Shown: positions 9,538 through 20,043, counted from the stretch's first letter. The stretch is DNA of 64,000 nt from an uncultured Acidimicrobiia bacterium (GCA_963752075.1 CAVVWO010000005.1:30523-94522); one strand, 5' to 3'. The notes: generated by a model not told the origin, from the letters alone. A program made the numbers and translations.

Positions 9538-10333
9538 TTGTCGCTAGCGTGGTTGGCCATGACGTCGGATCAGGCTCGGTCGATCGCCTTCGGGAAGCGC
9601 CTCCAGGAGAGGATGAGCACCCGCGTCGAGCACCTGCCGTGGGGCACGGCGTACTTCGATGATGGACTTCCCACGACGATACGGTTCGAATTTCCTATGG
9701 GTCGATGGAGAGCAGGATCTGACGGCCGGCCGGTTGGCCGGCGAAGCGGATAGATTGCTCGGTGGTGCCGGCTTCGATCATCGGGTGGTCGTCGTCGATC
9801 CGGCTGCGTATTTCGAGACCCTCCGCCCTGGTTTCGTGGAGCTGGGTTGGTCGACGAGCCGATACGTGCTCATGGTTCTGCGGCACGAACCACCTACGCC
9901 TCCTGCCCTCCCGCAGGCTCGCGAGGTCACACATTCGGACATCGTCGCGCTGTTGGAACAGCATGTTCGTGCGCATCCGGACCGGGGCGAATCAACGGTT
10001 CGCACCCTCGCTGACTACCCGGCCAAGCTGGAACGGCAGGCCGGAGCGCGTCTGTTCATGGCCGAGGCTGATGGGAGGCCGGGCGCTTCGTGTGAACTGT
10101 ATCTCGACGGTGCGGAGGCACAGGTCGAATCGGTTCAGACGCTCGAGGAGTTCCGCGGTCGGAACCTCGGGACGGCCGTGGTGCTGGCAGCGATCGCAGC
10201 TGCCCGTCTGGCAGGTGCAGAGTGGATCCATCTCTACGCCGAAGCGGACGATTGGCCGGCCGCCTGGTACAGGCGACTCGGATTCGAGGACGCCGGGTCC
10301 TTCGGTGAGTTCTCTCTGTACCCCGAGGGTTGA
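9538..10333 (+). CDS. GNAT-family N-acetyltransferase (apparent frameshift near 9680)
   Basis: The C-terminal acetyl-CoA binding region VQTLEEFRGRNLGTAVVLAAI is in ORF 9659..10333. The N-terminal part is in ORF 9538..9753. Confidence 0.65.
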
Positions 10334-10392
10334 ACCCATGGAAACCGTCACTCCGTGATCCGAACGGCCGACGCGAGCCGTATGCTCCGCTG

Positions 10393-11967
10393 ATGGTGAC
10401 GTACGACTACATCATTGTGGGGGCCGGCTCAGCCGGTTCCGTCCTGGCCAACCGGCTCAGCGTCGACCCGTCAACGTCCGTCCTCGTTCTCGAGGCAGGC
10501 GGATCTGATAGGCACCTCAATGTGAAGACCCCCGCCGCATTCTCGAAGCTTTTTCAGACGAAGCGCGACTGGAACTATCACACGATGCCGGAACCCGGCT
10601 GTGACGGCCGCCAGCTCTTCCTGCCGCGCGGCAAGATGCTGGGCGGCTCCAGTTCGATGAACGCCATGATCTACATCCGCGGGCATCGCGCCGACTACGA
10701 CGGTTGGGCTGCCGGTGGATGCGAAGGCTGGAGTTACGACGAGGTGCTTCCGTTCTTCAAGAAGGCCGAGCACAACGAACGAGGCGCCGACGAGTTTCAC
10801 GGGGTGAACGGGCCGCTCAACGTGGCCGAACTCCAATCGCCCAACATCCTGTCGTCGACCTTCGTCGAAGGGGGAGTGGAGCTGGGCATGCCGCTGAACA
10901 ATGACTTCAACGGTGCTCACCAGGAAGGCGTCGGGCTCTACCAGGTCACCCAGAAGGCTGGATCCCGATGGTCGGCAGCGACAGGGTATCTCCGGCCGTC
11001 CATGGAGCGTCGCAACCTGGCCGTCGAGACAGGAGCATTGGCGCATCGCGTGCTCTTCGAGGGGACCCGGGCGGTGGGAGTCGAGTACAGCCAGGACGGA
11101 TCGCTCCACGAAGTCCGTGCCGAACGGGAGGTCATCCTCTCTGGTGGCGCCTACAACAGCCCCCAACTGTTGATGCTCTCGGGAGTGGGCTCGGGCCGGC
11201 ACCTGGCGGACTTCGGGATCGACGTCGTGGTGGATAACCCCAATGTGGGCCAACACCTCCAGGATCACCCGGTGATATTGAACGTGTTCAGAGTGTCGGA
11301 GCCGGTCAGCCTGGCTCACGCCGAAAAAGCGAAGCATCTCATCACGTACCTTGCCAAGAAGACGGGCCATCTCTCGTCCAATGTCGGGGAGGCCGGGGCG
11401 TTCACGAGAACCGGCGACTCCCTCGATGCGCCGGACATGCAATACCATTTCGCTCCTGGCGCCTTCGTTCGTCACGGCTTCGAAACGTTGGAGGGTGATG
11501 CAATGACCATCGGTGCGACGCTCGTCGACGTCAAGAGCCGCGGTTCGGTGGCCCTCCGCTCGGCGGATCCGGAGATCCATCCAGACATCCTGACGATGGC
11601 CCTGAGTGAACCCGACGACGTCACCGCTTTGGTGGCTGGATTCAAGCTGGGCCGGGAGATCCTGAGTTCGTCGGCGTTTCGCGGATACGGCGCTGGTGAG
11701 ATCATCCCGGGAGATCAGGTGGGGTCCGACGACCAGATCGTGGCTTTCATTCGAGGCAACGCCGAACTGCTCTATCACCCGAGCTGCTCGGCACGGATGG
11801 GTCCGGATCCGTCGGGGGCGGTCGTCGATCCGCAACTACGAGTGTTCGGGACCGAGGGCCTGCGCGTCGTCGATGCCTCGGTGATGCCCACTGTGACGCG
11901 CGGGAACACCAATGCCCCCACGATCATGATTGCCGAAAAGGCCGCAGACCTCATCACCGCCGGCTGA
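10393..11967 (+). CDS. GMC-family FAD oxidoreductase (choline-dehydrogenase-like)
   Basis: YDYIIVGAGSAGSVLANRLS, GKMLGGSSSMNAMIYIRG and the C-terminal GLRVVDASVMPTVTRGNTNAPTIMIAEKAAD. Confidence 0.9.
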   Translation: MVTYDYIIVGAGSAGSVLANRLSVDPSTSVLVLEAGGSDRHLNVKTPAAFSKLFQTKRDWNYHTMPEPGCDGRQLFLPRGKMLGGSSSMNAMIYIRGHRADYDGWAAGGCEGWSYDEVLPFFKKAEHNERGADEFHGVNGPLNVAELQSPNILSSTFVEGGVELGMPLNNDFNGAHQEGVGLYQVTQKAGSRWSAATGYLRPSMERRNLAVETGALAHRVLFEGTRAVGVEYSQDGSLHEVRAEREVILSGGAYNSPQLLMLSGVGSGRHLADFGIDVVVDNPNVGQHLQDHPVILNVFRVSEPVSLAHAEKAKHLITYLAKKTGHLSSNVGEAGAFTRTGDSLDAPDMQYHFAPGAFVRHGFETLEGDAMTIGATLVDVKSRGSVALRSADPEIHPDILTMALSEPDDVTALVAGFKLGREILSSSAFRGYGAGEIIPGDQVGSDDQIVAFIRGNAELLYHPSCSARMGPDPSGAVVDPQLRVFGTEGLRVVDASVMPTVTRGNTNAPTIMIAEKAADLITAG

Positions 11968-12046
11968 ATCCCGCGAACCCAGGGTTCCTGACCGCCATTG
12001 TGGCGGTCTAGAACCCAGGGTTCGCCATTGCGCCGCTTCAGACCGT

Positions 12047-12460
12047 TCAGTTGATGGCGGTGCCTGAGGCGTCGATCACGAACCAGACGTCGTTGACGCC
12101 CTGGCCATTGGTATCCCCTGGGGCGGAGTCGTTGGCGAAGTAGTAGAGCGGCCAGTCGTTGTACGTCGCCTGCTCCGAACCATCGCTGCGAGTCGTCGTC
12201 CCCAACAGGTCGCCACTTGCTCCGGAACCTGCCGAGACATCCCCCGCCACGGCCGGCCAGTTCTCGAGGCATCCGTCTTCGCACGTCGAATCGCCCTGAG
12301 CGTCCGGGACGAATAGGTACACCGTGTTTCCGTCCGAATCGGCGAGGATCGTGCCGAGATCCGAATCGCTTGTCACCACCTGCAGTCCGTCGTCGCCTCC
12401 GCATGCCGCGGCGAGCAATCCAAGGGTGAGGGCCACCGCCAGAAGTCGTCGAGTCATCAT
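12047..12460 (-). CDS. Secreted lipoprotein of the COG4315 type (Y-x-F/Y-x-x-D repeat family)
   Basis: Lipobox LLAAAC. Also GNTVYLFVPD, CEDGCLENWP and WPLYYFANDSAPGDTNGQG. Confidence 0.7.
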   Translation of the reverse strand: MMTRRLLAVALTLGLLAAACGGDDGLQVVTSDSDLGTILADSDGNTVYLFVPDAQGDSTCEDGCLENWPAVAGDVSAGSGASGDLLGTTTRSDGSEQATYNDWPLYYFANDSAPGDTNGQGVNDVWFVIDASGTAIN

Positions 12461-12555
12461 TGTTCCTTTCGTTGGGTTCTCGCATCTGTACGGCCAAGCC
12501 CCGCTTCTGGTTCTCGGCCGCACACAGCCGAGCGCTATCGGGCAGAATGCGACCC

Positions 12556-13089
12556 ATGTCCGATGTCGAACTCCTCGATCGCTTCCGAGCCGGGGACGAG
12601 ACCGCCGTGCGAGAACTGTATATCCGCTACTCGCGGCCGGTCTTCACCGTGGTCTACAGCGTTCTCCAGGATCGGGAACTCGCCAACGATGCCGTCCAGC
12701 AGACCTTTCTGAAGGCGTGGAACGGAGCCCACCGTTTCGACACGGATCGCCGATTCGAGCCGTGGTTGTACGCGATCGCCCGCCGGGTGGCCATCGACGT
12801 CTGGCGCAAGGAACGCCGCACCCCGATCCCCTCCGAGTTCGCCGAACCGATCATCGACCGTGATGCGACGGACGGCTTGTGGGAGGCTTGGCAGGTACGA
12901 AAAGCGGTGGACCAGCTGCCTGATGACGAGGCGACCATCGTCAAGCTGGCCCACTTCGAACAACTCAGCCATCAGGAAATCGCCGACAAGATCGACGTGC
13001 CGGTCGGGACCGTGAAATCACGCTCCCACCGCGCTCATCGCCGACTGGCCGAGGTTCTCGGATTCCTGAGGAACGACGACAATGAATGA
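12556..13089 (+). CDS. ECF (sigma-70 family) RNA polymerase sigma factor
   Basis: Region 2 is YSRPVFTVVYSVLQDRELANDAVQQTFLKAW. Region 4 is LSHQEIADKIDVPVGTVKSRSHRA. Confidence 0.85.
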   Translation: MSDVELLDRFRAGDETAVRELYIRYSRPVFTVVYSVLQDRELANDAVQQTFLKAWNGAHRFDTDRRFEPWLYAIARRVAIDVWRKERRTPIPSEFAEPIIDRDATDGLWEAWQVRKAVDQLPDDEATIVKLAHFEQLSHQEIADKIDVPVGTVKSRSHRAHRRLAEVLGFLRNDDNE

Positions 13090-13124
13090 ACCAGTGCCCC
13101 CATTAGTCCGTAGTGAAAGAGACC

Positions 13125-13769
13125 ATGTCTGAAGAGCGATTCGCCGAAGACCTCGATCCCGAGAACGCCGCCCCGGCCGGCGCGGCGGCGCGGGTGCGCG
13201 GCTACCTCTCGGAGGCCGGCATGTGGGCCGAGCCGGAAGCCGGCATGGAAGACAGGATCGTTGGTCTCATATCCGCCCGGGCAGGCGAGACAACGCGTGA
13301 GTCGAGCGCCGAAGAGGACAACGTTCGTCCTCTCTTGTCCCGACCTGCCGCCATGTGGTTCGGCGCAGCGGCCGTGGTGGCGCTCATCGTCCTGGGAGCG
13401 CTCACCCTCAACGCCACGCGGGGCGATGACCGGGTCGGAGTCGATGTCGTCCTCCAGGGCACCGAGTTGGCGGCCGGGGCGTCAGCGGACGGCTTGGTGA
13501 TCACCACCGACGCCGGGTTCGCAATCCGCCTGGAGATCGTCGGCCTGCCTCCGGCTCCATCCGGCACCTTCTACCAGGGCTGGGTGAGGGGCGAGGCCGG
13601 TAGTGTGGCGATCGGTACCTTCCACATGCGTGGCGACGCCCCGATCGGACTGTGGTCCGGCGTCGAGGTGTCCGACTACCCCACCATCAACATCACCCTT
13701 CAAGACGAGGGCGCCGGACCTCAGCCGTCCGGAAAGATCGTGCTCACGGGTCAGATCCCGACCGACTGA
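13125..13769 (+). CDS. Anti-sigma factor (single TM, RskA-like C-terminal domain)
   Basis: It lies immediately downstream of the ECF sigma gene. It has a central TM segment (MWFGAAAVVALIVLGALTL) and a C-terminal FYQGWVRGEAGSVAIGTF...PTINITLQDEG. Confidence 0.65.
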   Translation: MSEERFAEDLDPENAAPAGAAARVRGYLSEAGMWAEPEAGMEDRIVGLISARAGETTRESSAEEDNVRPLLSRPAAMWFGAAAVVALIVLGALTLNATRGDDRVGVDVVLQGTELAAGASADGLVITTDAGFAIRLEIVGLPPAPSGTFYQGWVRGEAGSVAIGTFHMRGDAPIGLWSGVEVSDYPTINITLQDEGAGPQPSGKIVLTGQIPTD

Positions 13770-13858
13770 GTCCCGCTTCGGAAGGGCCACCAGTCCCTAT
13801 CGGGACGCTTCGCCTTGATTCCATTCTGGGGAGAGAGGTCACGAGAAGGGAGCTCGCG

Positions 13859-14230
13859 ATGACCCTGCTTCGAGAGCGGGAAACGCTCGAAACGCGCCCG
13901 ACACCCAACGTGGTGCGGACCAACCTCGAGATGACATTCGGGATCCTTGGCGTACTGGTGGCGGCCCTGGGTAGTTGGATGTTCCTCGCTGATGCCGCCT
14001 CGGAAATCACCGTGGTCGCATGGACGTGGGAGGTCGGTGCTCTTGCCGCCGGCTGGCCCCTTGGAACACTGGTCGGAGGCGGCCTTCTCATGGCCGCCGC
14101 GTTCGGCGTGATGGCCTACCGGGTGTACCGCCGGGAGGAGGCATTCACGGTCAGGCCATACATCGCTTTGGCCGGATCGCTGCTGGGAGCGGCTATCGCC
14201 GTCGTCTCCGCCTTGGTTTGGATCTTCTGA
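13859..14230 (+). CDS. Small membrane protein (about 3 TM)
   Basis: ATG 13859 follows GAGAAGGGAG. The sequence has hydrophobic helices and I recognise no family. Confidence 0.5.
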   Translation: MTLLRERETLETRPTPNVVRTNLEMTFGILGVLVAALGSWMFLADAASEITVVAWTWEVGALAAGWPLGTLVGGGLLMAAAFGVMAYRVYRREEAFTVRPYIALAGSLLGAAIAVVSALVWIF

Positions 14231-14320
14231 CGAGACAAGAGGACTGACGCCGCCACGCCGGCCCAGGTGACGGCAGCCGGTGTGGCGGACTCGTTCGTGG
14301 CGTCGAGTAGCGTTTCCCGG

Positions 14321-15223
14321 ATGCAGACTCGAGCCAATCTGGCCATTCTCTTCGCCTCGATCGGTTGGGGTTTTGCCGCCGTTGGTACTCGGTATCTCTT
14401 CCTCGGTGGCGCGACCACCTTCAGCGTCGTTTCGGGTCGGACACTCTTTGCCGCTCTGGCCGTTGCGCTGTTCGCTTTGGTGATTAGGCGAAAAGTGGAC
14501 GCCACGGCGTGGAAGCGCGGCGCCGCGATCGGCTTCCTCCGTGTCGGAATGGCGCCGATCCTCTTCATTGCGTCACTCCAATACATATCCGCCGGATTCG
14601 AGGGTCTCGTGATCACCCTGATTCCGGTCGTGACAGCGGTCATGGCTCACTTCGTCCTGGGCGAACGTCTGGTCCTGCTGCAGTCCGTCGGCCTGTTCCT
14701 CGGCCTGGTCGGTACCTCTCTTCTCATCCTGTCGGGTGAGTCTGGAATCGCGGACGGCGGGAACGCCCTGGTCGGCGGCGGGCTTGCTCTGGGCGGAGTG
14801 GCTTTCGGATCGGCCTCCGGCATCCTGCAGCGCCGATACGCGCCCCACCACGACACTCGGGATCTGGCCATCCCGATGTTCCTGACCGGAGCGGCCCTGG
14901 TTCTGACAGTCGGAATGGTCACCGGAGGTATCGAACCTTCGAGCATTCCGGCTGGGGGATGGTATGTGTTGGTTGCTCTGGCGATGGGCAGCACCTTGCT
15001 CCCGTTCGTCGCCACGCTCTTCGCCTCCCGCTACACGACAGCCGGCCGGGTCGCGCTGGTTGGCTACCTGGCGCCGCTCATTTCCCTGACGGCCGGGGTC
15101 ATTCTGCTGGACGAGGTGATCACCCCATTCATCCTCGTGGGAGGGTCGATTACGTTGGCGGGCGTAGCGATTGCCGGGAGGGCAAATACAGGGCGTCAGA
15201 CCATCATCAAGGCCACGGCCTGA
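14321..15223 (+). CDS. DMT/EamA-family transporter
   Basis: Ten-TM profile and duplicated EamA-like halves (ILFASIGWGFAAVGTRY). The start is uncertain (14267 or 14321). Confidence 0.8.
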   Translation: MQTRANLAILFASIGWGFAAVGTRYLFLGGATTFSVVSGRTLFAALAVALFALVIRRKVDATAWKRGAAIGFLRVGMAPILFIASLQYISAGFEGLVITLIPVVTAVMAHFVLGERLVLLQSVGLFLGLVGTSLLILSGESGIADGGNALVGGGLALGGVAFGSASGILQRRYAPHHDTRDLAIPMFLTGAALVLTVGMVTGGIEPSSIPAGGWYVLVALAMGSTLLPFVATLFASRYTTAGRVALVGYLAPLISLTAGVILLDEVITPFILVGGSITLAGVAIAGRANTGRQTIIKATA

Positions 15224-15283
15224 CGAGACCCAATGGACCTCCTCACTCAGTGGGGTGACGCTCCAACCCACTAGGCTCGCGTC

Positions 15284-15883
15284 ATGCCGGAAGAGTCTGA
15301 AGTTCGGGAGGTTGTCCGCCGTGTTGTGGCCGGACTCATGGAGGGCGAACACCACCCCGATGGCTCGTCGATGGGCATCACACCTGGCTCCCTCCCTGGT
15401 CCGGGTGAGTCGACTTCGGAGCGGCCGACCATCGCCGTCGGAGCCGATCACGGCGGCTATCCCCTCAAAGAACGCATCGGTTTCCGGCTCAAAGAGGCAG
15501 GCTACGAGGTGGTTGACTGCGGCACCGACAGTGCCGACTCGGTCGACTACCCCGACTTCGCCCACGCAGTCGCCAGTGCGGTGTCCGAAGGCCGAGCCAC
15601 CTACGGCATCATCGTGGACGGCGCAGGAATAGGCTCGTCGATGGTGGCGAACAAGGTTCCCGGGGTGCGGGCGGCACTGTGCTACGACCTCTCCAGTGCC
15701 CGCAACAGCCGAGAACACAACCATGCCAATGTCCTGACCCTCGGGGCGGGGCTCATAGGCGCAGGGCTAGCATGGCAGATCACGGAGGAGTGGCTCGCCA
15801 CACCGTGGGGCCCCGGTCGCCACGCCGATCGGGTCGCCAAGATCACCGAAATCGAACGCCGATACCTGAAAGCGGGCTCATGA
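15284..15883 (+). CDS. rpiB: Ribose-5-phosphate isomerase B-like (RpiB/LacA family) with N-terminal extension
   Basis: IAVGADHGGYPLKERI, GIIVDGAGIGSSMVANKVPGVRAA and AREHNHANVLTLGA. About 45 extra N-terminal residues begin with the amphipathic SEVREVVRRVVAGLM. Confidence 0.85.
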   Translation: MPEESEVREVVRRVVAGLMEGEHHPDGSSMGITPGSLPGPGESTSERPTIAVGADHGGYPLKERIGFRLKEAGYEVVDCGTDSADSVDYPDFAHAVASAVSEGRATYGIIVDGAGIGSSMVANKVPGVRAALCYDLSSARNSREHNHANVLTLGAGLIGAGLAWQITEEWLATPWGPGRHADRVAKITEIERRYLKAGS

Positions 15884-16728
15884 ACACAGAAGAGCTCATC
15901 GAGGCCGTCACGCGGGAGGTGTTGACTGCCCTCTCCGGGCGGGATCCCTGTGAGGACTGTCACGGGAGTTGCGCGGCCCACAGCCCGGACAAGGTGAGGT
16001 CCGTCGTCGCAAACGGGGCTGATCGTGTTTCGTATCGGGGCGAGGGCTCCGAGGTTCCGCTCGACCTCGCCAAATACATCGACCACACGCTCCTCAAGCC
16101 CGACGCCACCGCCGATGACATCGATCAGCTCTGCTCAGAAGCGGCCGAGTACGGATTCGCCTCGGTTTGTGTCAATCCGGCCTGGGTGAAACGGGCCGCC
16201 ACGAACCTACGTGGTACCGAGGTCCGCGTGGCCTCCGTCGTGGGTTTCCCGTTCGGCGCCACCACGTCGGATATCAAGGCCATGGAGACGCGACGGGTCT
16301 TGCGGGACGGTGCCAGGGAGATCGACATGGTGATCAACATCGGAGCTCTCAAATCCGGTCAACACGATGTGGTTCGAGAAGACATCGCCAAGGTCTCCGA
16401 CGCCTGCCACGAAGTCGGGGCGATCAACAAAGTGATCATCGAGACCACCCTCCTCGACGACAAGGAGAAAGTCATCGCCTCCCATCTCGCCAAAGAGGCC
16501 AAGGCCGATTTCGTCAAGACCTCGACCGGTTACGCCGGGGGTGGCGCCACCATCGCCGACGTGCTCCTCATGCGTGAGACGGTGGGTCCGAACATGGGCA
16601 TCAAGGCATCCGGCGGAGTGCGAAATCGAGAAGATGCCGAAGAGATGATCGCGGCGGGTGCCACCAGGATCGGCGCCTCGGCGGGCATCGCCATCGTGAC
16701 GGGAGGAACCTCGAGTGAGCAATATTGA
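15880..16728 (+). CDS. deoC: Deoxyribose-phosphate aldolase with N-terminal extension
   Basis: [21 protein letters not shown], the Schiff-base region [10 protein letters not shown] and [11 protein letters not shown] overlaps the rpiB stop (ATGA). The N-terminus is [18 protein letters not shown]. Confidence 0.9.
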   Translation: MNTEELIEAVTREVLTALSGRDPCEDCHGSCAAHSPDKVRSVVANGADRVSYRGEGSEVPLDLAKYIDHTLLKPDATADDIDQLCSEAAEYGFASVCVNPAWVKRAATNLRGTEVRVASVVGFPFGATTSDIKAMETRRVLRDGAREIDMVINIGALKSGQHDVVREDIAKVSDACHEVGAINKVIIETTLLDDKEKVIASHLAKEAKADFVKTSTGYAGGGATIADVLLMRETVGPNMGIKASGGVRNREDAEEMIAAGATRIGASAGIAIVTGGTSSEQY

Positions 16729-17341
16729 ACTACGGTCCTATGCGTTCTTGGACAGCCTGCAACCGCAGTACGCAGCCTTCATCGGCACGACTGCGCCCGG
16801 GTTCTTGCCGTTGGCAGGCGAGGCGTCCCTGTTCGTGGAAATCTCGCCCGGGATCGAGATCAACCGCCTCACCGATGTGGCGCTCAAATCCAACAAGGTC
16901 AAACCAGGCATGCAGATCGTCGAGCGGTACTTCGGCCTCCTCGAGATCCACTCTCCGGAACAGGCCGAAACCCGGGGCGCCGGTGAGGCCATCCTCGAGG
17001 CGTGCGGGCTGACGGAGGTAGACCGGATCAAGCCGCGCATCCTCTCGAGTCAGATCGTTCGCCGTATCGATGACCATCAGGCGCAACTCATCAATCGCAT
17101 GCGCCATGGGCAGATGATCATTCCCGGTCAGACGCTGTACGTGATGGAATGCGAACCCGCCGCCTACGCGGCGTTGGCGACCAACGAGGCCGAGAAGGCC
17201 TCCAACATCAACGTGCTCGAGGTGCGGGCATTTGGCGCCATGGGGCGGCTCTATCTCGGTGGAGAGGAAGCGGACGTCGAGGTCGGGTGGCAGGCTGCGG
17301 TGGCGGCGTTGGAAGGTCTCGAAGGACGAGAAGCGAAGTAG
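16715..17341 (+). CDS. BMC-T shell protein, permuted tandem-domain type (CsoS1D/HO-T2/T3-like)
   Basis: 208 aa. [21 protein letters not shown]...[21 protein letters not shown] and [41 protein letters not shown] closely resemble the Haliangium double-stacking BMC-T proteins, from memory. Confidence 0.85.
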   Translation: MSNIELRSYAFLDSLQPQYAAFIGTTAPGFLPLAGEASLFVEISPGIEINRLTDVALKSNKVKPGMQIVERYFGLLEIHSPEQAETRGAGEAILEACGLTEVDRIKPRILSSQIVRRIDDHQAQLINRMRHGQMIIPGQTLYVMECEPAAYAALATNEAEKASNINVLEVRAFGAMGRLYLGGEEADVEVGWQAAVAALEGLEGREAK

Positions 17342-17379
17342 TCGAAAAGGTATCGAGAAGAAGAAACGAGGAGGAACAC

Positions 17380-17670
17380 ATGGCCGATGCTCTGGGAATG
17401 ATCGAGGCGCGCAGCTTCCCGGCGATGGTGGAAGCAGCCGACGCCATGGTGAAGGCTGCCAAAGTGGAGCTGGTCTCCTACGAGGAGACAGGCGGCGGGT
17501 ACGTGACCGCCATCATTCGAGGTGACGTTGCCGCGGTGAAAGCCGCCGTGGATGCCGGAGTGCGCGGCGCCGAACGGGTCGGTGAAGTCATTGCCACCCA
17601 CATCATCGCCCGCCCCCACGCCAACATCGACGCCATCCTGCCTCTGGGGCGCGCCGACGCGGCAGAGTAG
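17380..17670 (+). CDS. BMC-H hexameric shell protein (Pfam00936 type)
   Basis: ALGMIEARSFPAMVEAADAMVKAAKVELVSYEETGGGYVTAIIRGDVAAVKAAV. An RBS GAGGAGGA lies upstream. Confidence 0.92.
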   Translation: MADALGMIEARSFPAMVEAADAMVKAAKVELVSYEETGGGYVTAIIRGDVAAVKAAVDAGVRGAERVGEVIATHIIARPHANIDAILPLGRADAAE

Positions 17671-17685
17671 GAAAGGGAGTCCCGC

Positions 17686-17973
17686 ATGCTGCTCGGACGA
17701 GTCGCCGGCACGCTGGTGGCCAGCCGCAAGGAGTCGCGTCTCGACGGACTCAAATTCCTGGTGCTGGCCCAGCTGGATATCGACAACGCCGAGACCGGCT
17801 CGTACGTGGTGGCAGCAGACGCCGTCGGCGCCGGAGTCGGGGAGGTGGTCCTGTACGCCAGCGGAAGCTCAGCCCGGCAGACCGAGTACACCCACGAACG
17901 ACCCGTCGACGCAGTGGTCATGGCGATCGTCGATACCTGGGAAGTTGCCGGAGTGGATCGGTATAGCAAGTAG
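17686..17973 (+). CDS. BMC-P pentameric vertex protein (EutN/CcmL family), paralog 1
   Basis: [15 protein letters not shown]...LKFLVLAQL...[23 protein letters not shown]...[10 protein letters not shown]. Confidence 0.9.
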   Translation: MLLGRVAGTLVASRKESRLDGLKFLVLAQLDIDNAETGSYVVAADAVGAGVGEVVLYASGSSARQTEYTHERPVDAVVMAIVDTWEVAGVDRYSK

Positions 17974-17976
17974 ACG

Positions 17977-19436
17977 ATGAGCGGCCTCAGCGAAGTTGAA
18001 ATCCAGGCAATCATCGACCGAGTCCAGCAACGACTCGGCGATGTTTCCTCGCGGTCTCGGCCGGCGGCATCTCTGGCTGCCCAGACAGAACTCGATGCGG
18101 CGGTGCAACTCGGCGACGGAATCTACCGCACCATCGATGAGGCGGTCGCGGCCGCCAAGCGAGCGCAGGCGCTGTACTCCGAGATGGGGCTGGGAGCTCG
18201 GTACGAGATCATCGACGCGGTGCGTCGAGCCATGCTCGAGCAGGCAGAACACCTGGCCATGCTCGCCCACACCGAGACGGGGCTTGGTCGCTACGAGGAC
18301 AAGGTCCGCAAGAACCGACTGGTGACCACCAAGGCCCCCGGTCCGGAGGACCTCGAGCCGCAGGCCGTGACCGGTGATGGCGGCATGGCCGTCATGGAGT
18401 GGGCGCCGGTCGGCCTCGTCGGGGCAATCACTCCTACCACGAACCCCACTTCCACCATCATCAACAACACGATCTCGATCGTGTCGGCAGGAAACGCAGT
18501 GGTGTTCAACGTCCATCCCGGGGCGAAGAACGTCTCGGCCGAGAACGTGCGCTTGCTCAATCGCGCCATCGTCGGCGCCGGCGGGCCGCCCGATCTCGTG
18601 ACGGCGATCCCCGCTCCGACCATCGACAGCGCCAAAGAACTCATGCAGCATCCCGACGTTCGGGTCTTGCTCGTGACGGGTGGTCCGGGAGTGGTGCGCG
18701 AAGCGCTCAAGACGGACAAACGGGCGGTTGCCGCGGGACCAGGCAACCCTCCTGCCGTCGTCGATGAGACAGCCGACATCGAGCGCGCCGCGCGCTGTAT
18801 CGTCGCCGGCGCTTCCTTCGACAACAACATCATCTGTACCGACGAGAAGCTGGCGATCGTCGTCGAGTCCGTCGCCGACCGCCTGGTCCGGGAAATGGCA
18901 AGGCCGGGGCCTACGTGTTGAAACAGCACGAGCTGCAGCGGCTCGAGCGAGTCATCTTTCGAGAGATGGGCCAGCCGAACAAGCCGGGCGTGATCAATCC
19001 GGCCTGGATCGGCAAGAACGCCTCGGTGATTCTCGCCCAGATCGGCGTACAGCTCGATGAGGATGTGCGACTGGTCGTCGCCGAGGTGCCGGTCGAGCAC
19101 AGCCTGGTTTGGACTGAGCAGATGATGCCGGTTTTCCCGGTGGTCCGCGTGCCGAACGTGGATGCCGGTATCGATTTGGCCGTGCGGGCCGAGCATGGTT
19201 TCCGTCACACGGCAGGTATCCATTCGACGAATGTGGAAACGATCACCCGAATGGCCCGTGCCATGAACTGTTCGATCTTCGTGGCGAATGCATCGTTTTT
19301 CGCCGGCCTGGGCGAAGGCGGCGAGGGTTACTCCTCCTTCTCGATCGCTTCACCCAGCGGGGATGGCTTGACCAGGCCCCGCACCTTCTCACGTCCCCGG
19401 CGGGTGACCGTCGTGGGGGCGCTCCGTATTGTCTGA
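17977..19436 (+). CDS. Acylating (CoA-dependent) aldehyde dehydrogenase, PduP/EutE type, with N-terminal extension (one apparent frameshift near 18900)
   Basis: ORF 17977..18921 joined to ORF 18915..19436. Motifs ITPTTNPTST, VVFNVHPGAK, GPGNPPAVVDETADI and NIICTDEK (catalytic Cys). The N-terminus is SEVEIQAIIDRVQQRL. Confidence 0.85.
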
Positions 19437-20043
19437 TGCGACGCACATGACCACGGAAAGCTCCTTGCGGCCCGCCATAGCCCTTCTCGAATTCGACTCG
19501 ATCGCGGCAGGAATAGAGGCAGGCGACGCCATGGTGAAGCGCTCGCCTCTCGATGTTCTCTTGGCCGGCACGGTGCAGCCGGGCAAATACCTCGTCCTTG
19601 TGGGAGGTCAGGTTGCCGATGTCGAGGAGGCCGTGGATGCCGGTCGCCAGGTGGCCGCGCAGCATCTCCTGGACGAGGTCTTCCTGGCCGATATCCACCC
19701 GCGAGTGGTCGAGGCTCTGGTCGGAACTCGGATGGAGGGATCCGGCGAGGCGCTCGGAATCATCGAAACCGCCACCGTGGCCGCAGTGATCGAGGCAGCC
19801 GATGCCGGGGTCAAAGGAGCGGTCGTGACCCTGCGAGAGATCCGGCTTGCCGATGGTCTTGGCGGCAAGGCCTATCTCTTGTTTGACGGGGAGGTCGGCG
19901 AGGTCGAAGCGTCGGTGGATCTCGGGACGGCTCGCATTCCCGGTCAGGTCCTGGGAAGCCGCGTGATCGCCCAACTGCATCCGGAGATGGACGAGAATCT
20001 GGCGGCCGACGGACGGTTCGCCCGCAGGATCAGGGGACGGTGA
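19429..20043 (+). CDS. BMC-T shell protein, tandem-domain single-layer type (PduT/HO-T1-like)
   Basis: Two BMC domains: AIALLEFDSIAAGIEAGDAMVKRSP and ALGIIETATVAAVIEAADAGVKGA. The start is TTG 19429 or ATG 19447. Confidence 0.85.
   Translation: MSDATHMTTESSLRPAIALLEFDSIAAGIEAGDAMVKRSPLDVLLAGTVQPGKYLVLVGGQVADVEEAVDAGRQVAAQHLLDEVFLADIHPRVVEALVGTRMEGSGEALGIIETATVAAVIEAADAGVKGAVVTLREIRLADGLGGKAYLLFDGEVGEVEASVDLGTARIPGQVLGSRVIAQLHPEMDENLAADGRFARRIRGR

Noticed and set aside
10471-11835. 454-aa ORF antisense to the GMC oxidoreductase
   Set aside because: It is a shadow ORF. The plus strand has the canonical GMC N- and C-terminal motifs.
18890-18925. Programmed ribosomal frameshift in the BMC aldehyde dehydrogenase
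   Set aside because: There is no slippery heptamer or downstream structure. The site is a G/C run (ccgggg), and the window is full of similar single-base disruptions.
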